Below are positions 13,005 to 24,169 of a stretch of 64,000 nucleotides of DNA, piece by piece. The notes below the pieces were generated by a model that made no database searches, was not told the DNA's origin, and saw nothing but the letters and a program-made list of their open reading frames with translations. The stretch's first letter is position 1. The number at the start of each line of letters is the position of its first letter. The translations under genes and the position numbers were made by a program. Origin of the DNA: Octopus sinensis. Lineage: Eukaryota. The DNA is taken from positions 29,388,001-29,452,000 of the forward strand of contig NC_043014.1 of NCBI RefSeq assembly GCF_006345805.1. Reading direction: 5' to 3'.

Positions 13005-14540
13005 CATTATCCTGTACCAGCTGCTGCTCTCAGCAAGGTGAATATCAAAGATCCCCGTTCGGGTCTTTTTTTCCGCCATTCTTCCACATTCACCGTCTGG
13101 GTGTTTCGTTCAGTCTTCGATGTTATCAAACCGATTGGTACTAGGTCTTCCTCTCGGCTGTTTACCATTTAGCTTTCCTTCTCATAACATCCTTTCTATA
13201 CCCTATACACTTACTATGTGACCAAAATGCCTTTTTAGCAGTTGAGAGTAATAATTTTTTTGTGTTCGCTTGTTGTAGCATTATTTTTATTAGTTATATG
13301 ATTTGTCCAGTATATTCTTAACGTTCTTTTATATGCCCACATTTCAAAAGCTTCTAGTTTATCAGGCAGATTTGGTCAATATCCATGTTTCTGTACCATA
13401 TAATAGTGTGAACTTTATGTAACATTTATACCGTATTCTTGTTTCTACTTGTATTTTCTTTGATGTTAACGCATTTGACACGCTTTCCTATGTCTTCCTT
13501 GCAATTTCTATTCTTCGTCAAATTTCAGTTTCAAATTTATCGTTTTTCAGACTTCATAAAGCCAATATAGACCACGGTTGAAATTTGTTCTATTAGTGTT
13601 CCATTTTTGGCTATATTGATGTTAGTGGTTCGTTTCTTGCTGACTGCCATAGTTTTCATGCGTGAGTGTTTATTTTTTTGTATTTATTTTCATTACATGT
13701 GATTCTTACTTTAGTTTGATTGCAGTGAACAGTTACAATAACTCTCTTGCGCTCAGTGTTAATAATGCAACAACATCTGCATATCGATTGGTGTGGAGAT
13801 TAAATCCGCCGGTTATAAGTCTCAGCATTTCTTCAACTTTTTGAAATACTTTTCGATGATAGGTTAAAGAGACAGGAAGATAAAACTCATCCTTGACTTA
13901 TTCTTTCATTCTTTCATTTTCATCCTTGACTTTTACTTTTATTCTTTCATTCTTTCATTTGTTTCAGTCATTTGACTGCGGCCATGCTGGAACAACGCCT
14001 TTAGTCGAGGAAATCGACCCAGGACTTATTCTTTGTAAGCCTGGTACTTATTCTATCGTTCTCTCTTGCCGAACCGCTAAGTGACGGGGACGTAAGCACA
14101 CCAGCATCGGTTGTCAAGCGATGTTGGTGGGGGTGGGGGACAAACACAGACACACAAACATATACACACACATATATATAGATATATGACGTGCTTCTTT
14201 CAGTTTCCGTCTACCAAATCCACTCACAAGACTTTGGTCGGCCCGAGGCTATAGTAGAAGACACTTGCCCAAGGTGCCACTCAGTGGGACTGAACTCGGG
14301 ACCATGTGGTTAGTAAGCAAGCTACTTACCACATAGCCACTCCTGCGCCTACTCCTCCTGGGCCGACTCCTTTTTTTTTGTAACATTGATGTAACTGTTC
14401 TGTTCTTACTTCTGCTGTTTGCTTCCAGTACACTTTAGCTATAATTTGTCTTTACCATTGATTCCAATTTCAGATTGATATCCTATAATTTTTGGTGTAA
14501 TGCGTATACCACCAAGAAAAATGTGGGTTCTGCAGTGATA
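13005..14540 (-). mobile_element. Decayed RTE-clade LINE remnant (RT and C-terminal region), split by a SINE
   Basis: Minus-strand motifs across frames: VYWKQTAEVRT, SQG*VLSSCLFNL (QG motif), NRYADVVAL (YADD-like), LLYGTETW, LEAFEMWAYKR and GKQPRGRPS. Confidence 0.75.
13930..14349 (-). mobile_element. SINE family A inserted into the RTE remnant
   Basis: Full reverse-complement copy, flanked on both sides by RTE RT coding remnants near the QG motif. Confidence 0.9.
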
Positions 14541-15150
14541 ATTTTGGTAACTAAACCTGGAAATTTACTTAAGAATATTATATAATAGGAAGTACCGTGG
14601 AGAAATCAGAAACACTACGTGACGGGCGAAACAAGGTAATCCCTTTTAGGGTTACAGACATCTTGTGGAAAGTGTAAGAAGTCTGTCCGGCAGACAAAAC
14701 AATGCAATCGCAAGTTATGACATAGGCATCCTGTAGAAATTATGCATACACCATCGCTCACAATGTTACAAACACATTTGCAGAAACTCTGAAACGGACC
14801 ATTCTAGTTTATTATCAAAAATGCATATGATAAAACTTATTGTGGTCATGGGACATCTTAGATTAGAGAATTTTGGGGGGAATTTATAATATATTCTAAG
14901 GGGAAAATATTATAACTATATCCCAAAAAAGAATTAAAATAACATTGTGCTATAATTTTAGGGTGTTGTTTTCTTGAAAAATTCAACATTAAAAGTTAGT
15001 GAGTTTTAGATTTTGAAAATAAGTATGTTCCTCCAAACCATAAACCATTTTCTATATTCAGTTAATCTCTATTCTTCGTTATTAAACGTTCTTCATTATT
15101 AAGAAAGTTATTTCATATAAATATATAGCTGGAAATTGTATTAAATCTTG

Positions 15151-15225
15151 ATCTTGTATTAATGATCTTCATCTAGTATTAACGATCTTGATCTTTTATT
15201 AATGATCTTGATTTTGTATTAACGA
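15151..15225. repeat. 20-bp minisatellite, about 4 copies
   Basis: ATCTTGTATTAATGATCTT(C/G) units. Confidence 0.85.
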
Positions 15226-17434
15226 AGTAAGATATTTCATTAACAATACAATCCAGAAGCCTGTTTATTTGCTTTTCTTCCAGTAAAAGACTGCTTAAGT
15301 TTAATGAGTCTATAGACAGGCTTTCACACCAAAGTTGACTTCCAATTTCCACCGAAACCTACTGTTAGTTATTCATAACAGCTAAATATCGTATAAATAT
15401 TACAATATTGAATGTTTGTATCATGACTACGGAACATTTGTATGCTAGTCAAAAGGCCCTAAGATTTTAAAAAAGACCGGACATCATCCTTAGCTACATA
15501 GTCAGGTATTCGTTTTATTTTTTTACTTTCAAGCATGTTTATTTAGTTACTCTGCATTAAACAATTAACCTTAATCAAGTAAATATATCAGAAACATAAG
15601 CGTCTAAGAATCAAATAGAAATAACTCAATTTCTACACACCTTTCGAAAAAAAAAAAAAAAACAAGAACAAAAAAATTAATCATTACTTCTCTACGCGAT
15701 AAACAGCGCATCTCATTCTATACAAATGAAGTTGTATATAGAATTCCTACATTTTCACATAATAAACTAAAGATTTTTACATTTAGTAGTGTTGATGTAG
15801 AAATACTTACAAGTTTAATAGTATCATTGGAATTATATTTCATGCTTTTCGAAACTACGAATGGTTCAGCAGTAAATTCTAATTAGATTATGGATTAGAT
15901 TAAACATAAATACAAACATATTTGGGGAAAAAAAACTAGTTTCTTTACAAATATCTATGTACATATTCCAAAATACCGGAATGCTGCCGGGGTATTTCTT
16001 ACAAATCAGCCCTGGAACAAGTAATAGACGATTTGGAACTATTGGGTTCCACGGAAGCGTGTTCAAAAAACTTTGTCATAGAGAACTAAGTATAAACTTG
16101 TTACCAGTTCAAATATGCCTGGGACATATTCGAACCCGTTGGACTGCTATTCCCAACAGTTTGTCAAGGAGAAAATTTCTCACTGTTGACAAAAAGGCCT
16201 AAATGCATCAGTCAGTCGCGGATGCTCTCTACCCAGATCGTTGGATTTCAGAGTAGTCATTTCTTCAACATCAATCACTGGAGAGAGAGGTATTCTGAAT
16301 TGGCTACGAAACAACCGATCTCTCATATCACATTCCAGTCAAATTACTGTGCCTTGTTATGCTAATCTGTGGCCCAGCTGTATTAGAATGCAGAAAAGAA
16401 GCGATATGCAGTGATGTACACAAATATAAAACTCGTTACCAGTTTAAATATGCTTAAGACATATTCAAATCCGTAAGGAAACTATTCACTCCATTTTTTT
16501 CTTGGAGAAATATTCTCGATGTAGAAAAAGGGTGTAAATACACCAAGTCAGTCCGCTCCCCCCAAACCATATAAATGGATGCAAGACTAATGTAAAAGAA
16601 ATTTAAAAAGGCATCGGAGGGGTGATGAATACCCTGCGCGCACACAAGGGTAAAATGAATTTTTATTTAATAAATATATTCTCAGACGCATTCATATTTC
16701 AACTAAATGACATCAAGGGTTATTTCCCTTGCTTATCGTTTATGCATGTGTAATAAAGAAAAAGAAACATTTTGCTTCACCAGTCCGCCAATTATGAAGC
16801 TATTCAAACCAAAATTTAATGATATCGAGCCATTTACCCAATGAGTATTTCTGCCAAATTTGGTGAAAATCCGTTTAGTTGTTTTTCAGTGATTTTGCAA
16901 AAACACAGACATACAGACTAAGACGAACGACTATAATACCCAGCTTTTGCTTACGCACGCAGGGTAATAGTGTTCACAAAGTTGAATAACAGGAAAAACA
17001 TTATTTATAACAGAAAAGCAAGGTACAGGACAAGCTACACAAGGAAAAATCCCCTTCATCAGCTGTCACTAGTAGACTTAGCGTGTTTCGAAGGCAAGAC
17101 AGGACAGGACTCGTCAATACTAGGCCTTCCTGCAAGAGAATTAAAATAAAATAACCTCGCAGAGGGGTAAAACAAGCACGAAAAAAAATGTAACACAAAC
17201 GGAACGTAACAATAGAACTGCGTAATAAAATACAAGATAAAAATACAAAATTAAAAATACATGTACAAGAAAATACAAAACGAGAAATCAAAATAAACAA
17301 GAAAACGAACGAAAAAAACAAACGATGGGCTTTTGCTCTAGCTGGGACGGAAGAGGTACTGGCGAGCGCAGGGAAACATGACCTTACGGCCTGAAAGCAA
17401 CGTGCAAAAGGATTAGCAGTGACGAAAGTGAGGA

Positions 17435-17466
<32 letters not shown>

Positions 17467-17765
17467 GAAGACACGCGGCTGAGAGAAGGATGAGGAAGAG
17501 GGAGAGAGAGAGGGGAAGGTAAAGCAAAGGGAGAGAATTTCGCGTCATAATTATATTATAAAACAATACTGGGAGGATAAGAGACAGAACGAAGCGAAGA
17601 TTCGAAAATTCGAAAATTCGAACGAACCCGACGCGAAGCGCTGTCAGACAATAGTGTAATAAATAAAATATATGCATACATACAAACATATATGTACGTA
17701 CCGACATCTACATGTATATATACATGCATATATAAATATATGTACGTCCAGGACACCACAATATA

Positions 17766-17800
<35 letters not shown>

Positions 17801-17993
17801 CGAGAAAATGATATGACAAAAAGGAATAAACGATTATCATATGAACTTCATTAGCTTACTGCTGTTTCTACTATAAGATAGAGTACTAGGCTTACAAAGA
17901 AGAAGTCCTGAGGTCGGTTTCTTTGACTAAAAGTGATGCTCCAGCATGACCGCAGTCAATTGATTGAAACGAGTAAAAGTAAAAGAATAAAAG

Positions 17994-18031
<38 letters not shown>

Positions 18032-18036
18032 TATAT

Positions 18037-18120
<84 letters not shown>

Positions 18121-18123
<3 letters not shown>

Positions 18124-18420
18124 GAGGTGCAATGGCCCAGTGGTTAGGGCAGCAGACTCGCGGTCGTAGGGTCGCGATTTCGATTCCTAGTGAGTGTTTA
18201 TTGAGTGAAACACCTAAAGTTCCACGAGGCTCCGACAGGGGGTGGTGGCGATCTGAGCTCCACTCTTTCACTGCAACTTTCTCTCACTCTTCCCTCTGTT
18301 GGCCTGCTCGCTTAGCCAGCGGGGTGGCGTCATTTGAAGGCTAAAACAATGCGAAGCGCATTGTGACCAGCGATGTGTAGCAACATCTGATAGACTGGTC
18401 GGTCACGGTGATCACGGTGA
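18121..18420 (+). mobile_element. tRNA(Arg-like)-derived SINE, family C
   Basis: A-box TGGCCCAGTGG and B-box-like GTTTCGATTCC. Body and tail are shared with 51200-51502. Confidence 0.85.
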
Positions 18421-18448
18421 TATATATATATATATTATATATGTATAT

Positions 18449-18613
18449 CGTTGGCAATTTTCTTTCTCCGTCTTCCCTTCCCTGGTTTCTGACGAAGAGC
18501 TCCGTTCGAAACGTTAAATCCTCCTTCTTTCTTTCCTTTCCTGAGCGTCCATATAACATTGTACTTATTCCACGTCCTCGCGGTGTTTTCTCATTGTTCA
18601 TGTTTGGATTAAT
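18449..18613 (+). mobile_element. Short hammerhead-bearing PLE-type unit (subfamily A6), flanked by (TA)n
   Basis: Same start (CGTTGGC.ATTT) and end (GTTTGGATTAA) as 21462-21660. Confidence 0.75.
18484..18521 (+). ncRNA. Minimal type I hammerhead ribozyme motif, canonical core
   Basis: Stem I GGTTT/AAATC, core CTGACGA plus an extra A, stem II GAGC-TCC-GTTC, GAAA, palindromic ACGT helix III. Predicted cleavage after GUU at 18515. Confidence 0.75.
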
Positions 18614-18647
18614 TATATATAGAATATATATATATTATATATATGTA

Positions 18648-18740
<93 letters not shown>

Positions 18741-19380
18741 AATAAGGTAAACAGAAGCTCATCTTATTCCTACGTTCGTTTCACTATTATGGTTGCTTAG
18801 AAGCATGCATTATGTCTCGAACTGCATATGAATGCTTAACGAGAACAGATCACCAGGGAACGTTTTATTACATTAAGTCACAGATAACTAATCACCGTAG
18901 TTTATACGTTTAACTGTTTCCTTCGTACGTTGTCACTAATCACACAAACTCGTGTTTAACTTAATTTCTCCAACATTTGCTCTGGAATTTCATAACTAGC
19001 AATACTACCAAGTAAATTAATTACTTAACCACTCTACTGGAAGCACAGAGAAACATGATAATCTATGGGGACTCTAAGCATAGTAGTAGCAATCGGACAT
19101 CTATTTGTACATACAAGATGTATTCCATAGACGCAAACGTGACTGTCTGGTAAGAAGCTTGATTACCAACCGCTTACTTCTGGCTCCGGTTTCACTCTAC
19201 GTGGCACCTTCTACTATAGCCTCGGGCAGACCAAAACTTTGTGAGAGGTTTTGGTAGATGGAAACTAAAAGAAGTCCGCTGTATATTCGTATTCGCATCT
19301 GTGTCTGTATGTTTGTGCGTATGTGGGTGTGTTTGCGTGTGCTTATATATGCATATGTGTATATATATATATATTATATA

Positions 19381-19611
19381 TATTTCTTTACTACCCACAT
19401 GGGGCCAAACACAGAGGGGACAAATAAGGACAAACAAAGGGATCAAGTCGATTACATCGACCCCAGTGCGCAACTGGTACTTAATTTATCGATCCCGAAA
19501 GGTTGAAAGGCAAAGTCGACCTCGGCGGAATTTGAACTCGGAACGTAACGGCAGACGAAATACGGCTACGCATTTCGCCCGGCGTGCTAACGTTTCTGCC
19601 AGCTCGCCGCC
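19381..19611 (-). mobile_element. SINE family B, long-tail monomer
   Basis: Near-consensus reverse-complement copy. Confidence 0.92.
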
Positions 19612-20149
19612 TTTTATATATACATGTGTGTGCATGAGAGTGTGCGTTCAGTACATGTATAAATATCTATATCAATCAATCTGTCTCTATGTGTGTGGGG
19701 GGTTGAGGTTATATATATAATTTTGTACATGTCGCCGCCATTAGACTGCAGCCATGCTGGAGTACAGGGCTTAACAATTTTATTTTTTATTTTCAACTTA
19801 TTTTACCATTTATTGTATATTTGTGCGGAGACGGGTGTCGTCATGTTTATGATATTGCACTCATGCTCGTAAGATCGTGTGTTCGATTTCTTGCGATTCT
19901 TTGTTATCTTAAGAAAATTTGCTTCATTTTATGTTGCACCAGTCTATTCAGCTGTCAAATGAGTACTCCTTCGGTTGACTGGTATCCCGTCCAAAGCAGA
20001 ATATATGCGACAAGGAATTCGAGAAACTAGCCTAATGTATCTATATGACTCCGGAAATAATTTTGTCTTTTTTTTTATCGTATATTTCACCGTATTACCT
20101 ATTTTAAGGTTCCATGCTGATTTTTTAATGTTTCACTTGTCCACCGCTT

Positions 20150-20518
20150 TTATTTCATGCTTTACTTTTGCATATATCTCATATATCCAGTCAGTGGTAT
20201 ATGTATATATATAACTCCTTCACCTGCACCTCCAGCAATATTATCTATTGCGTATCTTGCTCTCTCTGCCATTCCCTGTACATCGGACAAACGGGACGCC
20301 GCTTGGCTGACCGGTTCGCGGAACACCTTTGTGACATCCACCTTGCGAACGACACACCGGTCTCATGCCATTTCCGCTCCTTGCAACACCTGTCTGTGTT
20401 CGGTTTGTCCTTACACAGAGGCCATCCGGATTCCCGTTTGCGCCATGAACAGGAATTAATCTTCTCTCTTCGCTCTTATATGCCATTTGGTCTCAACTCT
20501 CCCCCCCTCCTCATCTAA
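20150..20518 (+). pseudogene. Penelope-like element GIY-YIG endonuclease C-terminal fragment
   Basis: FTCTSSNIIYCVSCSLCHSLYIGQTGRRLADRFAEH...PVSCHF...HLSVFGL...RLRHEQELIFSL...PFGLN shows the GIY-YIG signature, the CCHH-type residues and the P-x-GLN end typical of PLEs. Confidence 0.9.
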
Positions 20519-20625
20519 CCCTCCCCCTCCTCATCTAACCTCCCCCGACCCCTACTTCTCTTCAGTCCTTCATCCTTTCACCCCTACTCCTCTTCCCTCT
20601 TCCCTTCCCTCTGCTCCCTCACTCC

Positions 20626-20668
<43 letters not shown>

Positions 20669-20846
20669 TATCCTCCCTCCTCCCCTCCCCCTCCCCTCCT
20701 CTTCTCCTCTCCTTCCTCCTCCTCCTCCCCTCCCCCTCTTCTCCTCTCCTTCCTCCTCCTCCTCCCCTCCCCCTCCCCCTCCCCCTCCTCTTCTCCTCTT
20801 TCCTTCTCCCCTTTCTTTCTCCCCTCACCCCTCCCATCTCCCCCTC

Positions 20847-21032
20847 CCCCTCTTCTCCTCTCTCTACACCACACCATACGACTTTACACATCACATCATA
20901 CATACATACACACGTCTAGACCTCTCATACGCACTAATACCCCCTCTTCTCCTCTCTACACTACACCATACGACTTTACACATCACATCATATATACATA
21001 CACACGTCTAGACCTCTCATACGCACTAATAC
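20847..21032. repeat. ~92-bp tandem duplication in the PLE 3' region
   Basis: CCATACGACTTTACACATCACATCAT...GCACTAATAC occurs twice (20874 and 20966). Confidence 0.9.
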
Positions 21033-21180
21033 TCTCTCATACACACACACACACACTCTTATGTTTGAGCGAGGGTCATTCAACCCTATTATCTCCCCTA
21101 ATTTCGCTCTTGCGTCTCATGTTTGATCTTTGACTTCTGGCCGAAATCAGATCGCCATGTTGATTCGCTAGCTTTTGCAC

Positions 21181-21393
21181 GCATATTTTTTTCTCTCCTT
21201 CTTTCTGTGTTTTTTTTCTCTGTGTATCTTTCTGTTGAAGAGCGTAGGCTCGAAACGTTAAAGACTTGCTTCATTTATATTTCCTGAGCGCCATACTAAT
21301 ACAATTGTTTGTTTGTATTCCACCTGCCTTCGTCTTTTGTTTATTTCCGTAAACCTGCCTTCGTCTTTTGTCTATTTTCATAAAGCTTACCGT

Positions 21394-21395
<2 letters not shown>
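21181..21395 (+). mobile_element. PLE 3' unit with a hammerhead motif (subfamily U6)
   Basis: Lies downstream of the GIY-YIG fragment, has the shared tail and ends in (TA)n. Confidence 0.8.
21227..21264 (+). ncRNA. Minimal type I hammerhead-like motif with variant core CUGUUGA
   Basis: Stem I TCTTT/AAAGA (5 bp), CTGTTGA plus A, stem II GAGC-GTAG-GCTC, GAAA, ACGT palindrome, then U at position 17. Confidence 0.65.
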
Positions 21396-21433
<38 letters not shown>

Positions 21434-21461
21434 GTGTGTGTGTGTGTGACCGCGTGTGTAC

Positions 21462-21660
21462 CGTTGGCGATTTTTTTCCCTCCGTCTTCTCTTCTTTGGA
21501 TCTTTCCTTTTCCTATGTTTCTGACGAAGAGCACCGCTCGAAACGTTAAACCCTCCTTCTTTCCTTCCTTCCTTCCTTCCTGAGCGTCCAATAATACTAT
21601 ATTTGTTCCACGTCCTCGCGTTGTTGTGTTTTCTCTTTGTGTTTTCATGTTTGGATTAAC
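21462..21660 (+). mobile_element. Short hammerhead-bearing PLE-type unit (subfamily A6)
   Basis: Homologous end to end with 18449-18613; lies between (TG)n and (TA)n. Confidence 0.78.
21517..21551 (+). ncRNA. Minimal type I hammerhead ribozyme motif, canonical core
   Basis: Stem I GTTT/AAAC, CTGACGA plus A, stem II GAGC-ACC-GCTC, GAAA, ACGT, then U. Confidence 0.78.
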
Positions 21661-21669
21661 TATATATAT

Positions 21670-21700
<31 letters not shown>

Positions 21701-21702
<2 letters not shown>

Positions 21703-22717
21703 TGTTTGATGTTTCTAGTTGCCTTTAAATGCGTTGCTTAAGTCCTTACTTCTCGATTTTCGTCCGAAGATTGCAATCGTGAAACTGGATATAACGCTTT
21801 GTGAACTCTTCTTCCAATAAAATGATATTTCTCTCTACTTCTGCTACTGAGCAGTGTTTGTCTTTTGTTCTTGGTCGCGCTTATTTGCTTTCACAAATAG
21901 AATGTTGAAGTTCTATACTTTCTCTTTAAATGTGAAACTGTGTGCTTATGTATGCTTACAAGCTTTTTTACTCACTTTTCTTTCTGACCTCAAATTTCTC
22001 CCACTTTCGACATTTATCCCATCCTTTCGTGTTCGATAAAATAAGCACCACTCGAGTACTGAGGTGGACGTAGTGGCCAACAAAATTTCAGTCCTTGTGC
22101 CTATAATAGAAAGAGTTATGAGAAGGAAGAAAAATGATATCAGCACCAATAGCTACAAACACAGCCGCACAGACAGCAACAACGATATTCGTTATTAAAT
22201 TTGAAATATGTGATTATCTAAATATAGTTGTGATAAAAATAGAGGCGGCTGCGAAATATATTCATCATAAAACATTCTCTTTCGCTTGTTATATCCATAG
22301 AGTGTCAGCGAAAATGATAAAATATTCACAATACGTCATTATTTTAGCACATAACGTGTATTTAAAGATAGAATATTCGAAGAAACGAGGTGGCGTAAGA
22401 AATGTGCCCAAAAAGAGTTGTAGAGAAAGAGAGGAAAAAGAAACAATGACACTCAAAGAGAGGAGGCGAGGAAATAAATAAAAATGAGAATTTTTCAAAA
22501 ATTTGAGGCATTATTTATTTAACTTTCATATGAAGAACTGAATCTTAAACGCTACGGAAGTGAGTGATTTATTTTCTGGCTGTCTCTTTATTCATAACGT
22601 CCCTCCACTGTATGTAGTAAAATAATAAATCCTATGTATAGATATCAACACAGAAAAATACACATATCTATATGCCATCCAACGATGAATGTGTATGTGT
22701 TTTGTATGTCAGCATAT

Positions 22718-22750
<33 letters not shown>

Positions 22751-23759
22751 TGTTTGATGTTTCTAGTTGCCTTTAAATGCGTTGCTTAAGTCCTTACTTC
22801 TCGATTTTCGTCCGAAGATTGCAATCGTGAAACTGGATATAACGCTTTGTGAACTCTTCTTCCAATAAAATGATATTTCTCTCTACTTCTGCTACTGAGC
22901 AGTGTTTGTCTTTTGTTCTTGGTCGCGCTTATTTGCTTTCACAAATAGAATGTTGAAGTTCTATACTTTCTCTTTAAATGTGAAACTGTGTGCTTATGTA
23001 TGCTTACAAGCTTTTTTACTCACTTTTCTTTCTGACCTCAAATTTCTCCCACTTTCGACATTTATCCCATCCTTTCGTGTTCGATAAAATAAGCACCACT
23101 CGAGTACTGAGGTGGACGTAGTGGCCAACAAAATTTCAGTCCTTGTGCCTATAATAGAAAGAGTTATGAGAAGGAAGAAAAATGATATCAGCACCAATAG
23201 CTACAAACACAGCCGCACAGACAGCAACAACGATATTCGTTATTAAATTTGAAATATGTGATTATCTAAATATAGTTGTGATAAAAATAGAGGCGGCTGC
23301 GAAATATATTCATCATAAAACATTCTCTTTCGCTTGTTATATCCATAGAGTGTCAGCGAAAATGATAAAATATTCACAATACGTCATTATTTTAGCACAT
23401 AACGTGTATTTAAAGATAGAATATTCGAAGAAACGAGGTGGCGTAAGAAATGTGCCCAAAAAGAGTTGTAGAGAAAGAGAGGAAAAAGAAACAATGACAC
23501 TCAAAGAGAGGAGGCGAGGAAATAAATAAAAATGAGAATTTTTCAAAAATTTGAGGCATTATTTATTTAACTTTCATATGAAGAACTGAATCTTAAACGC
23601 TACGGAAGTGAGTGATTTATTTTCTGGCTGTCTCTTTATTCATAACGTCCCTCCACTGTATGTAGTAAAATAATAAATCCTATGTATAGATATCAACACA
23701 GAAAAATACACATATCTATATGCCATCCAACGATGAATGTGTATGTGTTTTGTATGTCA

Positions 23760-23761
<2 letters not shown>
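21701..23761. repeat. 1048-bp exact tandem duplication bounded by (TA)n tracts
   Basis: 21701-22713 equals 22749-23761. All ORF-track entries recur at +1048. Confidence 0.95.
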
Positions 23762-23795
<34 letters not shown>

Positions 23796-23870
23796 CACAC
23801 GCACACACACATATATATGTATGCATGTGTGTGGATTTACATTCATACATATGTATACATACATGCATAC

Positions 23871-23909
<39 letters not shown>

Positions 23910-24169
23910 CAGAAATAGACAGAGGTACAAGCGCGCACACACACGCACATGCTTACTCACAAATACACACATACACACACATGCATGCATACATACATAC
24001 ATACATACATACATACATACATACATACATACATACATACATACATACATACATCCTTTGGGAATTGGATCTCGAAGCTGCTTTCGACTTTTTCTATCCA
24101 AAAGAGATTATTAACCTAAAATTTACATGTTATATATGTACTTGGTGATCCAGTTCCCTCTACCTACGA

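Noticed and set aside
22100-22500. GPCR-like pseudogene on the minus strand (hydrophobic stretches, ITSER after a frameshift)
   Set aside because: It needs frameshifts, has no full motif set and is adjacent to a SINE remnant. AT-rich DNA readily yields hydrophobic peptides.
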